Assembly (NCBI GenBank): GCA_951406725.2
Contig: OX597820.1
Span: forward strand, 97,526,001 to 97,590,000
Source of the DNA: Octopus vulgaris
Taxonomy: Eukaryota
Direction of reading: 5' to 3'
Length of the DNA: 64,000 nt
This document shows positions 15,059-28,510 of this stretch, piece by piece; the stretch's first letter is position 1; each line of letters starts with the position of its first letter. The translations under genes were made by a program, and so were the position numbers. A model generated the notes under the pieces. It did no database searches, was not told the origin of the DNA, and saw only the letters and a list, made by a program, of their open reading frames with translations.

Positions 15059-16185
15059 GCAGTGTTGGCAATAATAACAACAACAACTTGATGGCGAATA
15101 TAAGTTACAGCGAAATACTTCGAATGCAGTATGGCCAAAATTCAGCCGCTGCTCGCTTTGCTTCCAACGACTGGATATGTTCGGTTCCAACCAGTTTGAG
15201 CCTAGATTCCCGACCGGGTGACTGCACAATGCTACGAAGTCTCATTACACAGAATCACGGCATCGGTCCCCAGCGACGAAGCCCCTCGGTGGTGACGTCA
15301 CATAATTCACCCATCAGCAGCATCGGTGGATATAGCAATCAACTGCCACCACCTCCACCGCCTCCGCCGCTCGCAGCAGTTCAACAACAACAACAGCAAC
15401 AGCAACAACATATGCAGCAGCAGCAACAACAACACCAATTGCATCATCATCATCAACAACAGCAACAACAGCAGCATTCTCTTCCTCCTCATCTGAATCA
15501 TTTTAGCAGTAAGCTCCAGCTGCATTCAGCAGAGCAAGACCTTACAAATTTACAGCAACAGAATCACATTCAACAACAACAACAACAGCAACAACAGCAG
15601 CACCATCTTGTGGCAAATGCAAATCTACACCATCAGTCTCCTCATCCTCAGCAGCAACAGCAGCAGTCGCGGCAGAATGGTCAACTAAGATCCCAACAAG
15701 CTGTGGTAGATGGAAATCAAAGTCTTTTACAACCTAGTCCGTACAACACTGTAATGCCGCAAAATTTGATGACGTCACCAATGATGGAACTGCGGCCAAA
15801 TTCCGCCATGATGAACGGCGTTGCCAACAACGGCGTCGGTCACGTTGCTAATGGAAACGGAGTGATGATGAATGCAGTACATGCAACAGAATCCGAACTG
15901 GACTCTCTTTATTTGTTTGATCCACCAGACGGTTCTGAATTCGATGAGATTTTAAATAACTGTGATCCGCTGAATGCTTCTACGATCAACGAAGAGGTCG
16001 GGGTAGTAGGTGGCGTGCCGAACGTCGCTAATTCAAACATTATGTCCGCCGGTGGACTGCCGATGCATATGACACAACTGAATTCTTCTTCGATGCCACA
16101 GTCACATATGGACGCCAATCGTCAGTATTATCAGTCGATGCTTCCGCCATCGTTAACGTCACCCATGCAGCATCAGCAGCATCAG

Positions 16186-16217
<32 letters not shown>

Positions 16218-16560
16218 ACTCGCACCACCTCCATACAACAATACTCTGACTTTAGAAGAACAACATCAACATCATCGCCAACAACAACAACAACAACAGC
16301 TTCAACTTCATCAACAACAGCTAAATCGAAACAATAGCAACAACAATATCGTTAGCGCTACTGGCAACTGTACAACTCCTCCAACAACAAATAACAACAA
16401 CAACAACAACAACAACAATTCGAGCAACAACAGCATCAACAACATTAACAGCACCAATGCTGAATTTTCTAATTTTTACGACGACGGAAATTATGAGTTT
16501 TCTTGCTATCTTGTCTCGGCTTTTACTGTCAATGAGAACGATGATCTTTTCGCAAGTTAG
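14948..16560 (+). CDS. SoxF: SoxF-group transcription factor, terminal coding exon (poly-Q/N/P-rich transactivation region)
   Basis: Polypyrimidine acceptor ...ttttatttctcag at 14947 is phase-compatible with the previous exon (G+GT=Gly). Open to TAG at 16558-16560. DGSEFDEIL resembles the SoxF DxxEFDQYL motif. Confidence 0.85.
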
Positions 16561-18365
16561 AGGAATGCCTAAAAGACAGCAATGACGACGACGACAACGA
16601 TAACAACAACAACAACAACAACAACAACAGAACACTACTGCTGTTGTAAGCCATTAATAACAACCTGATTAGAAGCAGCAGAAAAAAAAATATCAAAACT
16701 GAATAATTATATGGAACTTAGTGATAAATTCACAATGCAAAAATCAACTAAATAAAAGAGATTAAGCTTGCGCATGCGCATGCACGCGTGCGTGTGTGTG
16801 TGTCTGTGTGTGTGTATACTACGTATATATATATGTGTGTGTAAAGAAGTAAATGTGATGTACATGTGTGTATATATTTGCATGTATATAATAAGTCAGT
16901 CGACTAAATGGAATGCTTGTAGCCTGTTAAATGTTTGTATATGGGACCAACTAAAAAAAACTATAAGAAAAAAACAAAAACAAAATGAATAGATAAAAAT
17001 ACAAAAATGAAACAAAAAATAATACCAACAAATTGAAAAAAAACAAACAAAAACAAATAAATATTTTAAAACAAATTGGAGTCACAGAGAGACCCAATAA
17101 AAGAAGAAATGTGAAAACACACCAAAACCAAAAATAATAAAAGAAAAGAAAACATGAACAAACCAAAGCAATGCTCATTAAAAATACAGCATTTTAGCAT
17201 TAGCTTAATCCAGTGCTCATTTCTCGAATGGCTTAATGGCTCATACCGGAAGTACATTATTATAACAGCAGCCATTATGGCCAGAGATTCAAAGAGGTCA
17301 AAGAGAATATACTGAACACTCACACATATGTAAAAGAGAAAATAAACAATTTTAATTTTATTATTATAATTATTATCCTTATTATATATATATATATATA
17401 TCTGTACAGTAGTAGACCTATGCTACCAGCTAAATGGTTATACGCCATGGATTTCATCAGATCACGTAGCGGTTGCATATCACAGTCACACACTTAATCA
17501 CTTCTCCCTCTTTCTCTCTCTGTGTCATCCTATCACCATCTATTTTTTTTCACTTAAGTATCTTAATTGTTAATTACCTTTGAGAAGCCATATGATCTTA
17601 TTTCCCCTTCTTATTAGTAAACAAAAAAAAATGTATATTCATGGCTGCACACACACACACACACACACAAGAAAAGAAAACTATAATGACAGTAACAGTA
17701 AAGGAACTCATGAATAAAATTAAATAATAATAATGATTTTTATGAAATGACCAGGAAGAATTACTTAGACATTTTAAGTTTTAGGTGATGATAGGAAAAC
17801 GAGGAAAGAATCCTCCCTACACTACCTTCAACACAACCATGATTAACACGACGATCATCATCATCATCATCATCATTTATCGCCGACAAAACCTTTGGAA
17901 AGTACCAATAAACCAAGAACTCACTATCCTCCATATTACAAACACCGCTGTCATCATCATTATCATCATCATCATGATCATGATCATCATTATCATCATC
18001 ATCATCGTCGTCATCGTCATCATCATTCTTTATGATATATTACACTCAAATAAAAAAAATAATCAAAAACAAGTAAAAAAACAACAACAACTTTACAACA
18101 AAATTTAGAAAATAAAGAAAAACAAAACTATAATATGTACAAAAGCCCCCCCCCCCCACCAAAATCTGTTCACGTGCTTTTTGAATCCACCCTCTCTTTT
18201 TTTGTTTTTGTTTTTTCAATTAGCTGGAACAGAATTGACTTGCTTGTTCAATGAACTATATCTGATATTAAAGGATTGTGCAAATCCAAACCAGAGACAA
18301 ACACAGTCTAGGGAACGAGAAAAAAGAGAATTAAAAGTAAATCAATAAATAAAAATTCAAAAAAT
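16561..18365 (+). other. probable SoxF 3'UTR with poly(A) signal
   Basis: About 1.8 kb with no recognisable transposon. Overlapping AATAAA at 18344-18353 followed by T/GT-rich sequence. SINEs resume at about 18480. Confidence 0.5.
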
Positions 18366-18658
18366 AGCTCGGCTTGAATTTATTTTGTGAATGTTTTAAT
18401 AAAGATCGTTCATTGCGAGACCATGTGTCTTATATACTCGTATGACCTTGTGTGTGTGTGTGCATGCAAGCACAGACTAGCGGCTGTGTGGTTAAGAAGT
18501 TTGTTTCACAGCCACGTGGTTTCAGGTTTGATCCCAATGTGTAGCACCTTGCGCAAGTGTCTTCTAGTATAGCCCCGAGCTGACCAATTTCCTTGCAAGT
18601 GGAATTTTGAACGACGAAACCCGACGTGTACACGTGCGCATGCACACACAGGCGCGCA

Positions 18659-18805
<147 letters not shown>

Positions 18806-18871
18806 ATCTATCTATCTATTTACAGATAGATTTTCCCATCACATATGTATCCCTCTAACTATATCTGTATA

Positions 18872-19720
18872 TATCAGGCGGAGCAAAAAGTAAGTAACGT
18901 TTTGAAACATGAAATTCATCACATTACATATTTCAACCGCACGGAAATTTTATTCGTCAAAGTAAGTACTATTACAATCAACAGATTTTTGCCTATGAGT
19001 TACATACAAGTTTGTTTATTCCGTTAACATAAAAATCTGGATTTCTGGAGCTGATGAGCTCTTTGAACGCACTTTCAGCCAGCATTGTTTTGATTTTTGA
19101 ACTCCTTCTCTCGCAGGAAAAGATCAAGGTACTTAAAAAAGTGATAGTCGGTAGGAGAAAGGTCTGGGGAATAAGCTGGGTGGGGAAGAACTTCGTTGCC
19201 AAGTTCCCTGAACTTCTGGAGCATCATTAGTGAAACGTGTGGTCAAGCATTGCTATGAAAAGCGATTGGCTCTCTTCTGTTGACCAATCTGGGACGTAGG
19301 AGTTGCAGATTTTCGTTCATTTTTGCAATTACATGGCAATATGTTTCTGCAGCAATGGTTTTTCCAGGTTTTATGAAGTTATAGTGAATGAGTCCAGCAG
19401 TACACCACCAAATAGTCACCATAACCTTCCTTTTGAAGCTCGGGTTTTGGGGAAGTTTTGCGGTGATTCATTTTGGTCCAACCACTGCGAAGAACGTGTT
19501 TTATCATTGTAGAGAATCCACTTTTCATCGCAAGTTACAATACGGTCGAGAACTGTATCGGTCTGGTTACAGAGAAGAAGCTTTGAGCAAATTTCATATC
19601 TGCGCATTTTCTGATTTTCATTCAAATCATGAGGTACTCATCTGTCGAGCTTTTTTGATTTTCCGATCGCATGCAAATGGATGCAGGCAATTTTCTAAGA
19701 CGACCGCCTAACGCTGAACG
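18872..19720 (-). mobile_element. decayed mariner transposon
   Basis: LDRIVTCDEKWILY (first catalytic Asp motif) in ORF 19416-19625. TIR-like end at about 18872. Confidence 0.8.
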
Positions 19721-19889
19721 AAAATAAATTACCTGCGACCAGGTTCAATAAAAGGAACCAGAGTTATTGGCTGCATTTACATACTTGAAGTCAGTGTTAG
19801 CAGAAATTAAATTAGCTTGCAAATGCACGTTCACTTTACTAAATTTATACTCGGGGCTAAGCCCGAATAGCCCGAGTGCTGGAGTCTCC

Positions 19890-20121
19890 GGCGAGCTGGC
19901 AGAAACGTTAGCACGCCGGGCGAAATGCGTAGCCGTATTTCGTCTGTCGTTACGTTGTGAGTTCAAATTCCGCCGAGGTCGACTTTGCCTTTCATCATTT
20001 CGGGGTCGATAAATAAAGTACCAGTTACGCACTGGGGTCGATATAATCGATTTAATCCCTTTGTCTGGTCTGTCCTTGTTTGTCCTCTCTGTGTTTAGCC
20101 CCTTGTGGGTAATAAAGAAAT
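19890..20121 (+). mobile_element. SINE family B (tRNA head plus Meta-domain-like core)
   Basis: ggcgagctggcagaaacgttagc...gagttcaaattcc (B box), then gcctttcatc..tcggggtcgataaa. Confidence 0.85.
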
Positions 20122-20501
20122 ATATATAATATGCTTATCTCTAGTTTATAACAAAAAAAAAATAAGAAGGGAAAAAGGAGGATGCATGTAAAATACGTAA
20201 CTTAGAAGCAGCGCTACGAATGTACCAGCACACACGGGATTGAGACATGGCCGACCTCACACACTTCTCATGGGAAATTCCGGAAGGAGCATCGTGAGAC
20301 CACTGCTGAGACGCTTCCAAAAAATAAAAAAAGAAAAGCCGTTAGAAAACCTGATTATAGCAGTGACTCCATCAAAGAATATCTGAAGAAGGAATATTAT
20401 TCCGAAATATCATATCAGACTATCGATGACTAAATTACGATAAGTATATAGCCCATTGTCTGTATTATAGTGCATTGTTGTACCATTCAAAACATTATAT
20501 T

Positions 20502-20539
<38 letters not shown>

Positions 20540-20813
20540 TTTACTCTTTACTCTTTTACTCTTTTACTTGTTTCAGTCATTTGACTGCGGCCATGTTGGG
20601 TGGACAAACACAGACACACAAACACACACACATACATATATATATATACATATATACGACAGGCTTCTTTCAGTTTCGGTCTACCAAATCCACTCACAAG
20701 GCTTTGGTCGGCCCGAGGCTATAGTAGAAGACACTTGCCCAAGATGCCACATAATGGGACTGAACCCGGAACCATGTGGTTGGTAAGCAAGCTACTTACC
20801 ACACAGCCACTCC

Positions 20814-20816
<3 letters not shown>
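20540..20816 (-). mobile_element. SINE family A with internal deletion
   Basis: Reverse complement of family A head and tail. Confidence 0.8.
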
Positions 20817-20849
<33 letters not shown>

Positions 20850-20850
<1 letters not shown>

Positions 20851-21072
20851 AATCAATAAATAAAATAAAACATATGCATATATACATACATATATGTACG
20901 AACCTACCTCTACATGTATATATACATGCATATATGGGTACAGGATACAAAAAAAAAAAACGTCGAACACAATGAGAAACGAAAACATAAACACAAAACC
21001 AAGGAACTGGACATTTTTCTTAAACAACGAAAAAATAGAGTACAGGACAAATAACAAGGAAAATTCCCCTTC
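20850..21072 (-). mobile_element. 3' fragment of the family seen at 57619-59073 and 52597-52815
   Basis: Shared gaaggggaattt..tgtcctgta..gtagaggtagg.tcgtacatatat sequence between (TA)n tracts. Confidence 0.7.
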
Positions 21073-21088
21073 AATATACATACATACA

Positions 21089-21316
<228 letters not shown>

Positions 21317-21384
21317 CATATTTTATACTTTATATATATATATATATATATACATACATAAATATATAAATATACATATTTTAT

Positions 21385-21424
<40 letters not shown>

Positions 21425-21589
21425 GGTGCCCCAGCATGGTTGCAGCTCGTGAGCTGAAACTAGATAAAATGAAAAAATGAATATATATATATACATACTT
21501 ATATATATATACATACATATAGATATGTATTTATATACGTATATATATACACATATATATATATATATATATTTATAGAGAGAGAGAGA

Positions 21590-21753
21590 GGCACAGGAGT
21601 GGCTGTGGTAGCTTACTTGCCAACCACATGGTTCCGGGTTCAGTCCCACTGCGTGGCACCTTGGGCAAGTGTCTTCTACTATAGCCTCGGGCCGACCAAA
21701 GCCTTGTGAGTGGATTTGGTTGGCGGAAACTGAAAGAAGCTCGTCTATATGTG

Positions 21754-21808
<55 letters not shown>

Positions 21809-21875
21809 TATATATGTATATATATATATTCGTATATATATATGTATATGTATATATATATGTATATATATATTC

Positions 21876-21941
<66 letters not shown>

Positions 21942-22174
21942 GTATATATGTATGTGTGCATATGTTTGTGTGTCTGTGTTTGTCCTCCCAACATCGCTTG
22001 ACAACCGATGCTGGTGTGTTTACGTTCCCATAACTTAGCGGTTCTGCAAAAGAGACCGATAGAATAAATACTAGGCTTACAAAGAATAAGTCCTGGGGTC
22101 TATTTGCTCGACTAAAGGCGGTGCTCCAGCGTGGCCATAGTCAAATGACTGAAACAAGTAAAAGAATAAAAGAA
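21590..22174 (+). mobile_element. SINE family A, full length, with expanded internal (TA)n
   Basis: tRNA-like head ggcacaggagtggctgtgg..gggttcagtccc, CORE-like accttgggcaagt, and (AAAGA/GTA)n-type tail. Confidence 0.85.
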
Positions 22175-22189
22175 TCACATATCTATTAA

Positions 22190-23010
22190 AAGAAACTTCC
22201 TACAACATGGAAGACCTCTCAAGAGATACGTTAGTGAAAATGAACCGAAATTGTTGCTTGAATAAGAAGTATTCTACAGCAGTCTACTAGAAAATGTTTT
22301 TGATCAAATAGGAGGTCTTTTTTCTTGATGCTCCCTCAGGAACTGGCAAAACATTTGCCCCTAAGCTTTTACTTGCCAAAGTGCGACAAGAGAAAAATAT
22401 AGCTTTGGCTGTTGCTTCTTCAGGTATTACTGCTACTTTAATCCCGGGAGGAAGAACAGCTCACTGTACTTTCAAATTGAATATAGCTATCATTGAGACA
22501 CCAGTTTGTAATATTAGCAAAACATCTGGGGTGGGACAAATACTAAAAAGGTGTCATCTCATTATTTGGGATGAATGTACGATGGCCAACAAAAAGTCTT
22601 TGGAAGCTCTGAATCGAAACTTGTAAGATTTAAGAAATTCTAAATTATTAATGAGCGGGGTTACTACTGTACTCTCAGGGAATTTCGTCAGACTTTGCCA
22701 GTAATTCCAAAGGGCACTAAGGCAGATGAGTTAACAGCGTGCTTGAAGTTCTCTTATTTGTGGAGACACGTAACAAAAAGTAGCCTAATAGAGCATGAGA
22801 GCCATTCTTTCGGGCGATGTTGTGTTCGAAGAATTTGCTCAAAATTTATGGGAACTTGGTATCCCTAGATGAAAATAATTTCGATATATCTCCATTAGTA
22901 TATCAGTTTCATCTCTCGACGAATTAATAGCAAGTGTCTTTCCAAATTTTCAAGACCACCCAACAAAACCATAGGTACTTACGCGAAAGGGCAATACTTG
23001 CGCCCAAAAA
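22190..23010 (+). pseudogene. Pif1-family helicase fragment, probably a Helitron RepHel remnant
   Basis: LDAPSGTGKTF (Walker A), AVASSGITATLIPGGRTAH, IIWDECTM, FRQTLPVIP and RERAILAPKN motifs with stops and frameshifts. Confidence 0.85.
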
Positions 23011-23039
23011 TATCAAAATGAAATACATACACACACGCG

Positions 23040-23113
<74 letters not shown>

Positions 23114-23878
23114 GTTACATGCCTGTATTTAAACCAATAGAAAATTGACACCGTTCAAACAACCAGAATTAACAGTAATTTATAGAAAAGTTTCGTTACA
23201 AATTGTAGTTCGTTTCAATCGTAGATCTTGTCCCATAAAATATTCTTTTGTACTCAAGGCTCAAGGCACGAAATTTTTGTGGAGGGGGGCAGTCGATTAG
23301 ATCAACCCCAGTACACAACTGGTACTTAATTTGTTGGCCTCGAGGCAGACGAAATACTGCTAAAAATTTTGCCCGACGTGCCAACTCGCCGCCTTTGTTA
23401 AAAAAAAAAAAAAAAAACAGAAAGAGAATTAAAATAGGATCCATAAAAGAGTCTATTTTTGGTATTAAAAAAATCATGCAAAAAATATATAAGAGTTGGG
23501 TGGTTAGAATTGCAAGGGCAGGTGAGGGATTGAAGTAACGGTCTCAAATCTAGAAAAAAGAGCAGTAATTTTAACGGGAACTGTGATTGTTCGTTGTTTC
23601 TTCGCTCCAATTGTTCTGGTCTTGTGCCTTAATTAGATTACATTGACCCCAGTGCTTAACTCGAAAAGATGAAAGGCCATGCATAGTATCTAATACTTTT
23701 TCCCGTTTGTTAAACTCCAACGATTACACATATACACACGCACACACACACACACATCATATATATATATACAATTTAAAAATAGGATAAAATCTTTATA
23801 AGAATTTATCAAGTAGTTAGCGTGAAAAAAACCTCATAAGAGAAAAATCCCTCAATTTTTCTCTTAAATATATTTAAG

Positions 23879-24000
<122 letters not shown>

Positions 24001-24011
24001 CTATATATATA

Positions 24012-24050
<39 letters not shown>

Positions 24051-24059
24051 CTATATATA

Positions 24060-24195
<136 letters not shown>

Positions 24196-24199
24196 ATGA

Positions 24200-25220
24200 A
24201 CCACAAAAGAAACGTCGCACACGAACTAAATAGAAACTGGATTATTAAGAGACCGTCATAGCATTGATTGAAGAGTGCTACTTAAGAAACCGTTCGTTCC
24301 TAATGATAAAATGTCATTTCCTGAAATATGTTTGACGTCACATGGTGTCACGTAATGACGAAGTGTTCTGGATCCAAAGAGATGAATTCAATATCTTGTG
24401 TGACCACCATTGGCATTGTTTACTGCCAGGCATCTTATGTACATTGAATGCACCAAACGATTGATGAAGGCTATTGGGATAGCAACCCACACTCTGTTAA
24501 AACCTGCAGTGAGTTAATACCGCACTTGACAGCCTTGGACGGTTGTTATTTAGCTTTCTTTGGATTTCATCCCGCAAGTGCTCTATGGGGTTCAAGTCCG
24601 AACTTAGGGCAGGATATGACAGTGTCTGGATGTTGTGCTGTTAGAGGAAGTCTGTTGTCAACCTGGCAGTTTGGACACGGGCGTTGTCGTGTTGGAACAC
24701 CTGATTCCAATAACGTGCAAAGTATTGCACAATGTGAGGCCTCAACACTTGGTCGATGATGTGAGCAGCGGTTACTCCATTGCCCCAGCCTCGGCCGATG
24801 TTTTAGAAGACCACCGGTCCAAGTTTCTGGTTGAGTGCAATCCCGCCCCATACTATGATGCTCTGTCCTCCCCATGGGTCTCTCTCCACCACACAACCAT
24901 CGGCCTGACGGTCACTCCTTCTCTAAATCCTAGCGCTACCATCTGCTGCAGAAATGCAATTCGACTTTCATCTTCCACGATGTGTTTGAGCCCGCTGCAG
25001 ACGTGCCTGTCGATGACAATCTGTAAGGATGGGGCCCCTAGCCGGACGTTGACAAGCCAGATTGAAAGATCTCAGCCGGCAGCGAACCGTCTCTACACAA
25101 ATAGGTCTGTAGTGACTCTCTATGGTCTGCCTGGCTGATTCCATTGGCCTCGAGAATCGGTCCTGCAAGTGCTGTCGTACAGGTGGCAATCTTGACGTGT
25201 CGTTGTTACCCCCCGTTTAA
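24200..25220 (-). mobile_element. decayed Tc1-like transposon
   Basis: RPARGPILTDCHRQARL, QHDNAR and SPDLNPIE-like remnants on the minus strand. Confidence 0.7.
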
Positions 25221-26486
25221 AAAAGCTACGGAGCAATAAACTACTTGACTCTCACAAATACAACAGACAAGACACCGACTAAAAAATACACAAACTACAC
25301 ATAATCGGGAACTATAAGAACCAAACCTATTCTGGATGAAAATGACTCAAAATATTATTAAAAAAGCAACAACACAACACAGAACGTAAGGCCAGAGGAA
25401 AAGCCGGTGAACATTTTCGCAGGCGTGCTAACGATTCTATTAGCTTGCCACTTTCAAATAATGAAAGTTATCAGAACTTCATCATTATAAAGTTTGAAGC
25501 TTCTATGAGTTACAATAGTGATCCCAAGATCTTTTGTGATTAACAGCAAAATGCACAAACAAAATATTAAAGTAAAATTTATCACCCTTCCGCTTTTAGA
25601 TGAAATTAAACACCAGTCAAGTAGTGAGGTTAATGGGATTGACTAATCGCCCCCATCCTCAAAATTGCCTAAATCAAAAACCATCATCAAGGACGGCGAG
25701 CTGGTAGAATCGACTGTACTTCGGAAGATATGGTATTTTTTCTGTTTTATAGATTTTTTTTTTTATGTTCTCGTTTCCTATTCCGCTGTGGCCAATTTCA
25801 TTTTTCATCCTTCCGGGGTCGATAACATACAGATTTCAAATTTTGGCACAAGGCTAGCAATTTAAAAAAGTGGTGTAAGTTAATTACATCGACCCCAGTG
25901 CTCAACTGCTACTTATTTTATCGTCTCCGAAATTGACGAACTCGGTAGAATTTGAGCTCAGAACGTAAAAACGGACGAAATGCCACTAAGCATTTTGTCC
26001 GGCGAACTAACGATTCTGCCAGTTCACCGTCTTTAATAAGCAAAGTTGACCTCAGCAAAATTTGAACTTAGATCGTAATGACGGACGAAATGCCGCTGAG
26101 CATTTTGCCTGGCAAGCTAACGATTCTGCCTGATCGTTGCCTTTGAGGTCGATAAAATATATCAGTCAAGAATTTTGATGTTAGTGGTATCGACTAACCC
26201 CTCCTCTTGAAATTACAGCCCGTGTGCTTAAACCAGGAGCCTTTATAACTGAAATTTCATTTCGATGACGAAACAGAATACGTCTTGAAACAAATGGATT
26301 AATGGATTTTGGAGCGCTGATGTTTCAATCCAAACCATGGATGACTAATGAAAGGTTATGAAAAAAATTCTTCATAAATATGGTTTAAACTCGGGAGACA
26401 GTGGTGCCTTAATGCAAAGTGCTTGAAAAAAAGACCCCAGAAAACTTCTCTTTTTACATAACACGTGCACCCACACGCATACCCCC

Positions 26487-26534
<48 letters not shown>

Positions 26535-26891
26535 CACGATATGAACTCAAGAGTTAGGTGTCGAGCAATAAATAAAGAAAATAAAAATAAAAGTCACAGA
26601 AAAATAACAAGCATACTTCGCCATGGCCGTCATGTCTAAAATAAAGACTCACCAGAGAAAAATTCGTCCAATAATGAAATTAAAACTTCACAAGACGTAC
26701 AAAAATGAGAAACATGTATATAGTGTATAGGGTTAAAGTTAAATGTCATTTGATTCAGTCGCAAATTCATGGCAACCATTTTAAGTATCGGGTAATATTT
26801 AAATTTTTATTCTTGAAGCTGTCTAGAGCGCTTAATATCCACTCCATATTTAAATCTCGTCATTTTGGCACATGCATTTCCGTTTTTGCAT

Positions 26892-26922
<31 letters not shown>

Positions 26923-27008
26923 TTTGTCTACTTAAATCATATATGAATACGCTTGTGAATATACACGCACACATATACAAGTATATCCATGTATGTTGTT
27001 GTTGTATA

Positions 27009-27097
<89 letters not shown>

Positions 27098-27105
27098 CAT
27101 ATACA

Positions 27106-27157
<52 letters not shown>

Positions 27158-27186
27158 GCATATATATATGTATGTATAATGCCCTC

Positions 27187-27242
<56 letters not shown>

Positions 27243-27243
27243 A

Positions 27244-27476
27244 GGCGGCGAGCTGGTAGAAACGTTAGCACGCCGGGCGAAATGCGTTGCCGTATTTCGT
27301 CTGCTGTTACGTTCCCAGTTCAAATTCCGCCGAGGTCGACTTTGCCTTTCATCCTTCCGGGGTCGATAAATTAAGTACCAGTTACGTACTGGGTCGATGT
27401 AATCGACTTAATCCCTTTGTCTCTCTGTCTGTCCTTGTTTGTCTCCTTTGTGTTTAGCCCCTTGTGGGTAGTAAAG

Positions 27477-27480
<4 letters not shown>
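27244..27480 (+). mobile_element. SINE family B, full length, between (TA)n tracts
   Basis: Same sequence as 19890-20121. Confidence 0.85.
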
Positions 27481-27540
<60 letters not shown>

Positions 27541-27635
27541 GGAAGCTTTATGAAAATAAACAAAAGACGAAGGCAGGTGGAAAACAAACGAACAATTGTA
27601 TTAGTATGGCGCTCAGGAAATATAAATAAAACAAG

Positions 27636-27673
27636 TCTTTAACGTTTCGAGCCTACGCTCTTCAACAGAAAGA
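27636..27673 (-). ncRNA. PLE 3' hammerhead ribozyme motif (CUGUUGA core variant)
   Basis: Minus strand UCUUU-CUGUUGA-A-GAGC/GUAG/GCUC-GAAA-CGUU-AAAGA. Perfect 5-bp stem I, 4-bp stem II, palindromic loop-less stem III. Confidence 0.75.
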
Positions 27674-27845
27674 TACACAGAGAGAGAAAAACACAGAAAG
27701 AAGGAGAGAAAAAAAATGCGTGCAGTAGCTAACGAATCAACATGGCGATCTGATTTCGGCCAGAGGTCAAAGATCAAACATGAGACGCGAGAGCGAAATA
27801 AGGGGAGATAATAGGGTTGATAAATGGGTTGAGGGACCAGCTAAT

Positions 27846-27906
27846 AGTGCGTAGGAGGGGTCTGGATGTGTGTATGTATAGGGTTGGTGTATGTATTAGT
27901 ATGTAT

Positions 27907-27943
<37 letters not shown>

Positions 27944-28180
27944 AGAGAGTATTAGTGCGTAGGATTGGTCTGGACGTGCGTATGTATGGGGTTGGTGTAT
28001 GTATTAGTATGTATTAGTATGTATTAGTACGTATTGGTATGTATAAGTGTGTGTGTGTGTGTGATGAGAGAGTATAAGTGCGTATGCGGGGTCTGGACGT
28101 GTGTATGTATAGGGTTGGTGTATGTATTAGTATGTACTAGTATGTATTAGTACGTATTAGTATGTATTAGTTGGTGTGTG
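27846..28180. repeat. three about 110-120-bp tandem units inside the PLE 3'UTR
   Basis: agtgcgta..ggtctgga.gtg.gtatgtat.gggttggtgtatgtattagtatgta at about 27846, 27953 and 28076. Confidence 0.7.
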
Positions 28181-28510
28181 TATTAGTATGGCACATCATA
28201 TGTGATGTGATGTGTAAAGTCATGTGGTGTAGTGAGGAGAAGAGGGGGAGGGGGAGAAGAGGGGGAGAGAAGGGAAGGGGAAGAAGAGGGGGAGGAGGGG
28301 GGAAGAGGAGAGGATGGGGGAGGAGGGGGATGAAGGAGGAAAGAGGAAGAGGGAGAGAGAGAAGGGGAGAGAGGGAGTGAGGGAGCAGAGGGAAGGGGAA
28401 GAGGGAGGGAGAAAGAGGGAAGAAGGGAAGGGGAATAGGGGTGAAAGGATGAAGGACTGAAGAAGTAGGGGTCAGGGGGAAAGGATAGGTGAGGAGGGGG
28501 GAGAGGGGGG

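Noticed and set aside
27846-28180. CRISPR-like repeat-spacer pattern
   Set aside because: A eukaryotic tandem minisatellite with (GT)n variation. No unique spacers and no cas genes.
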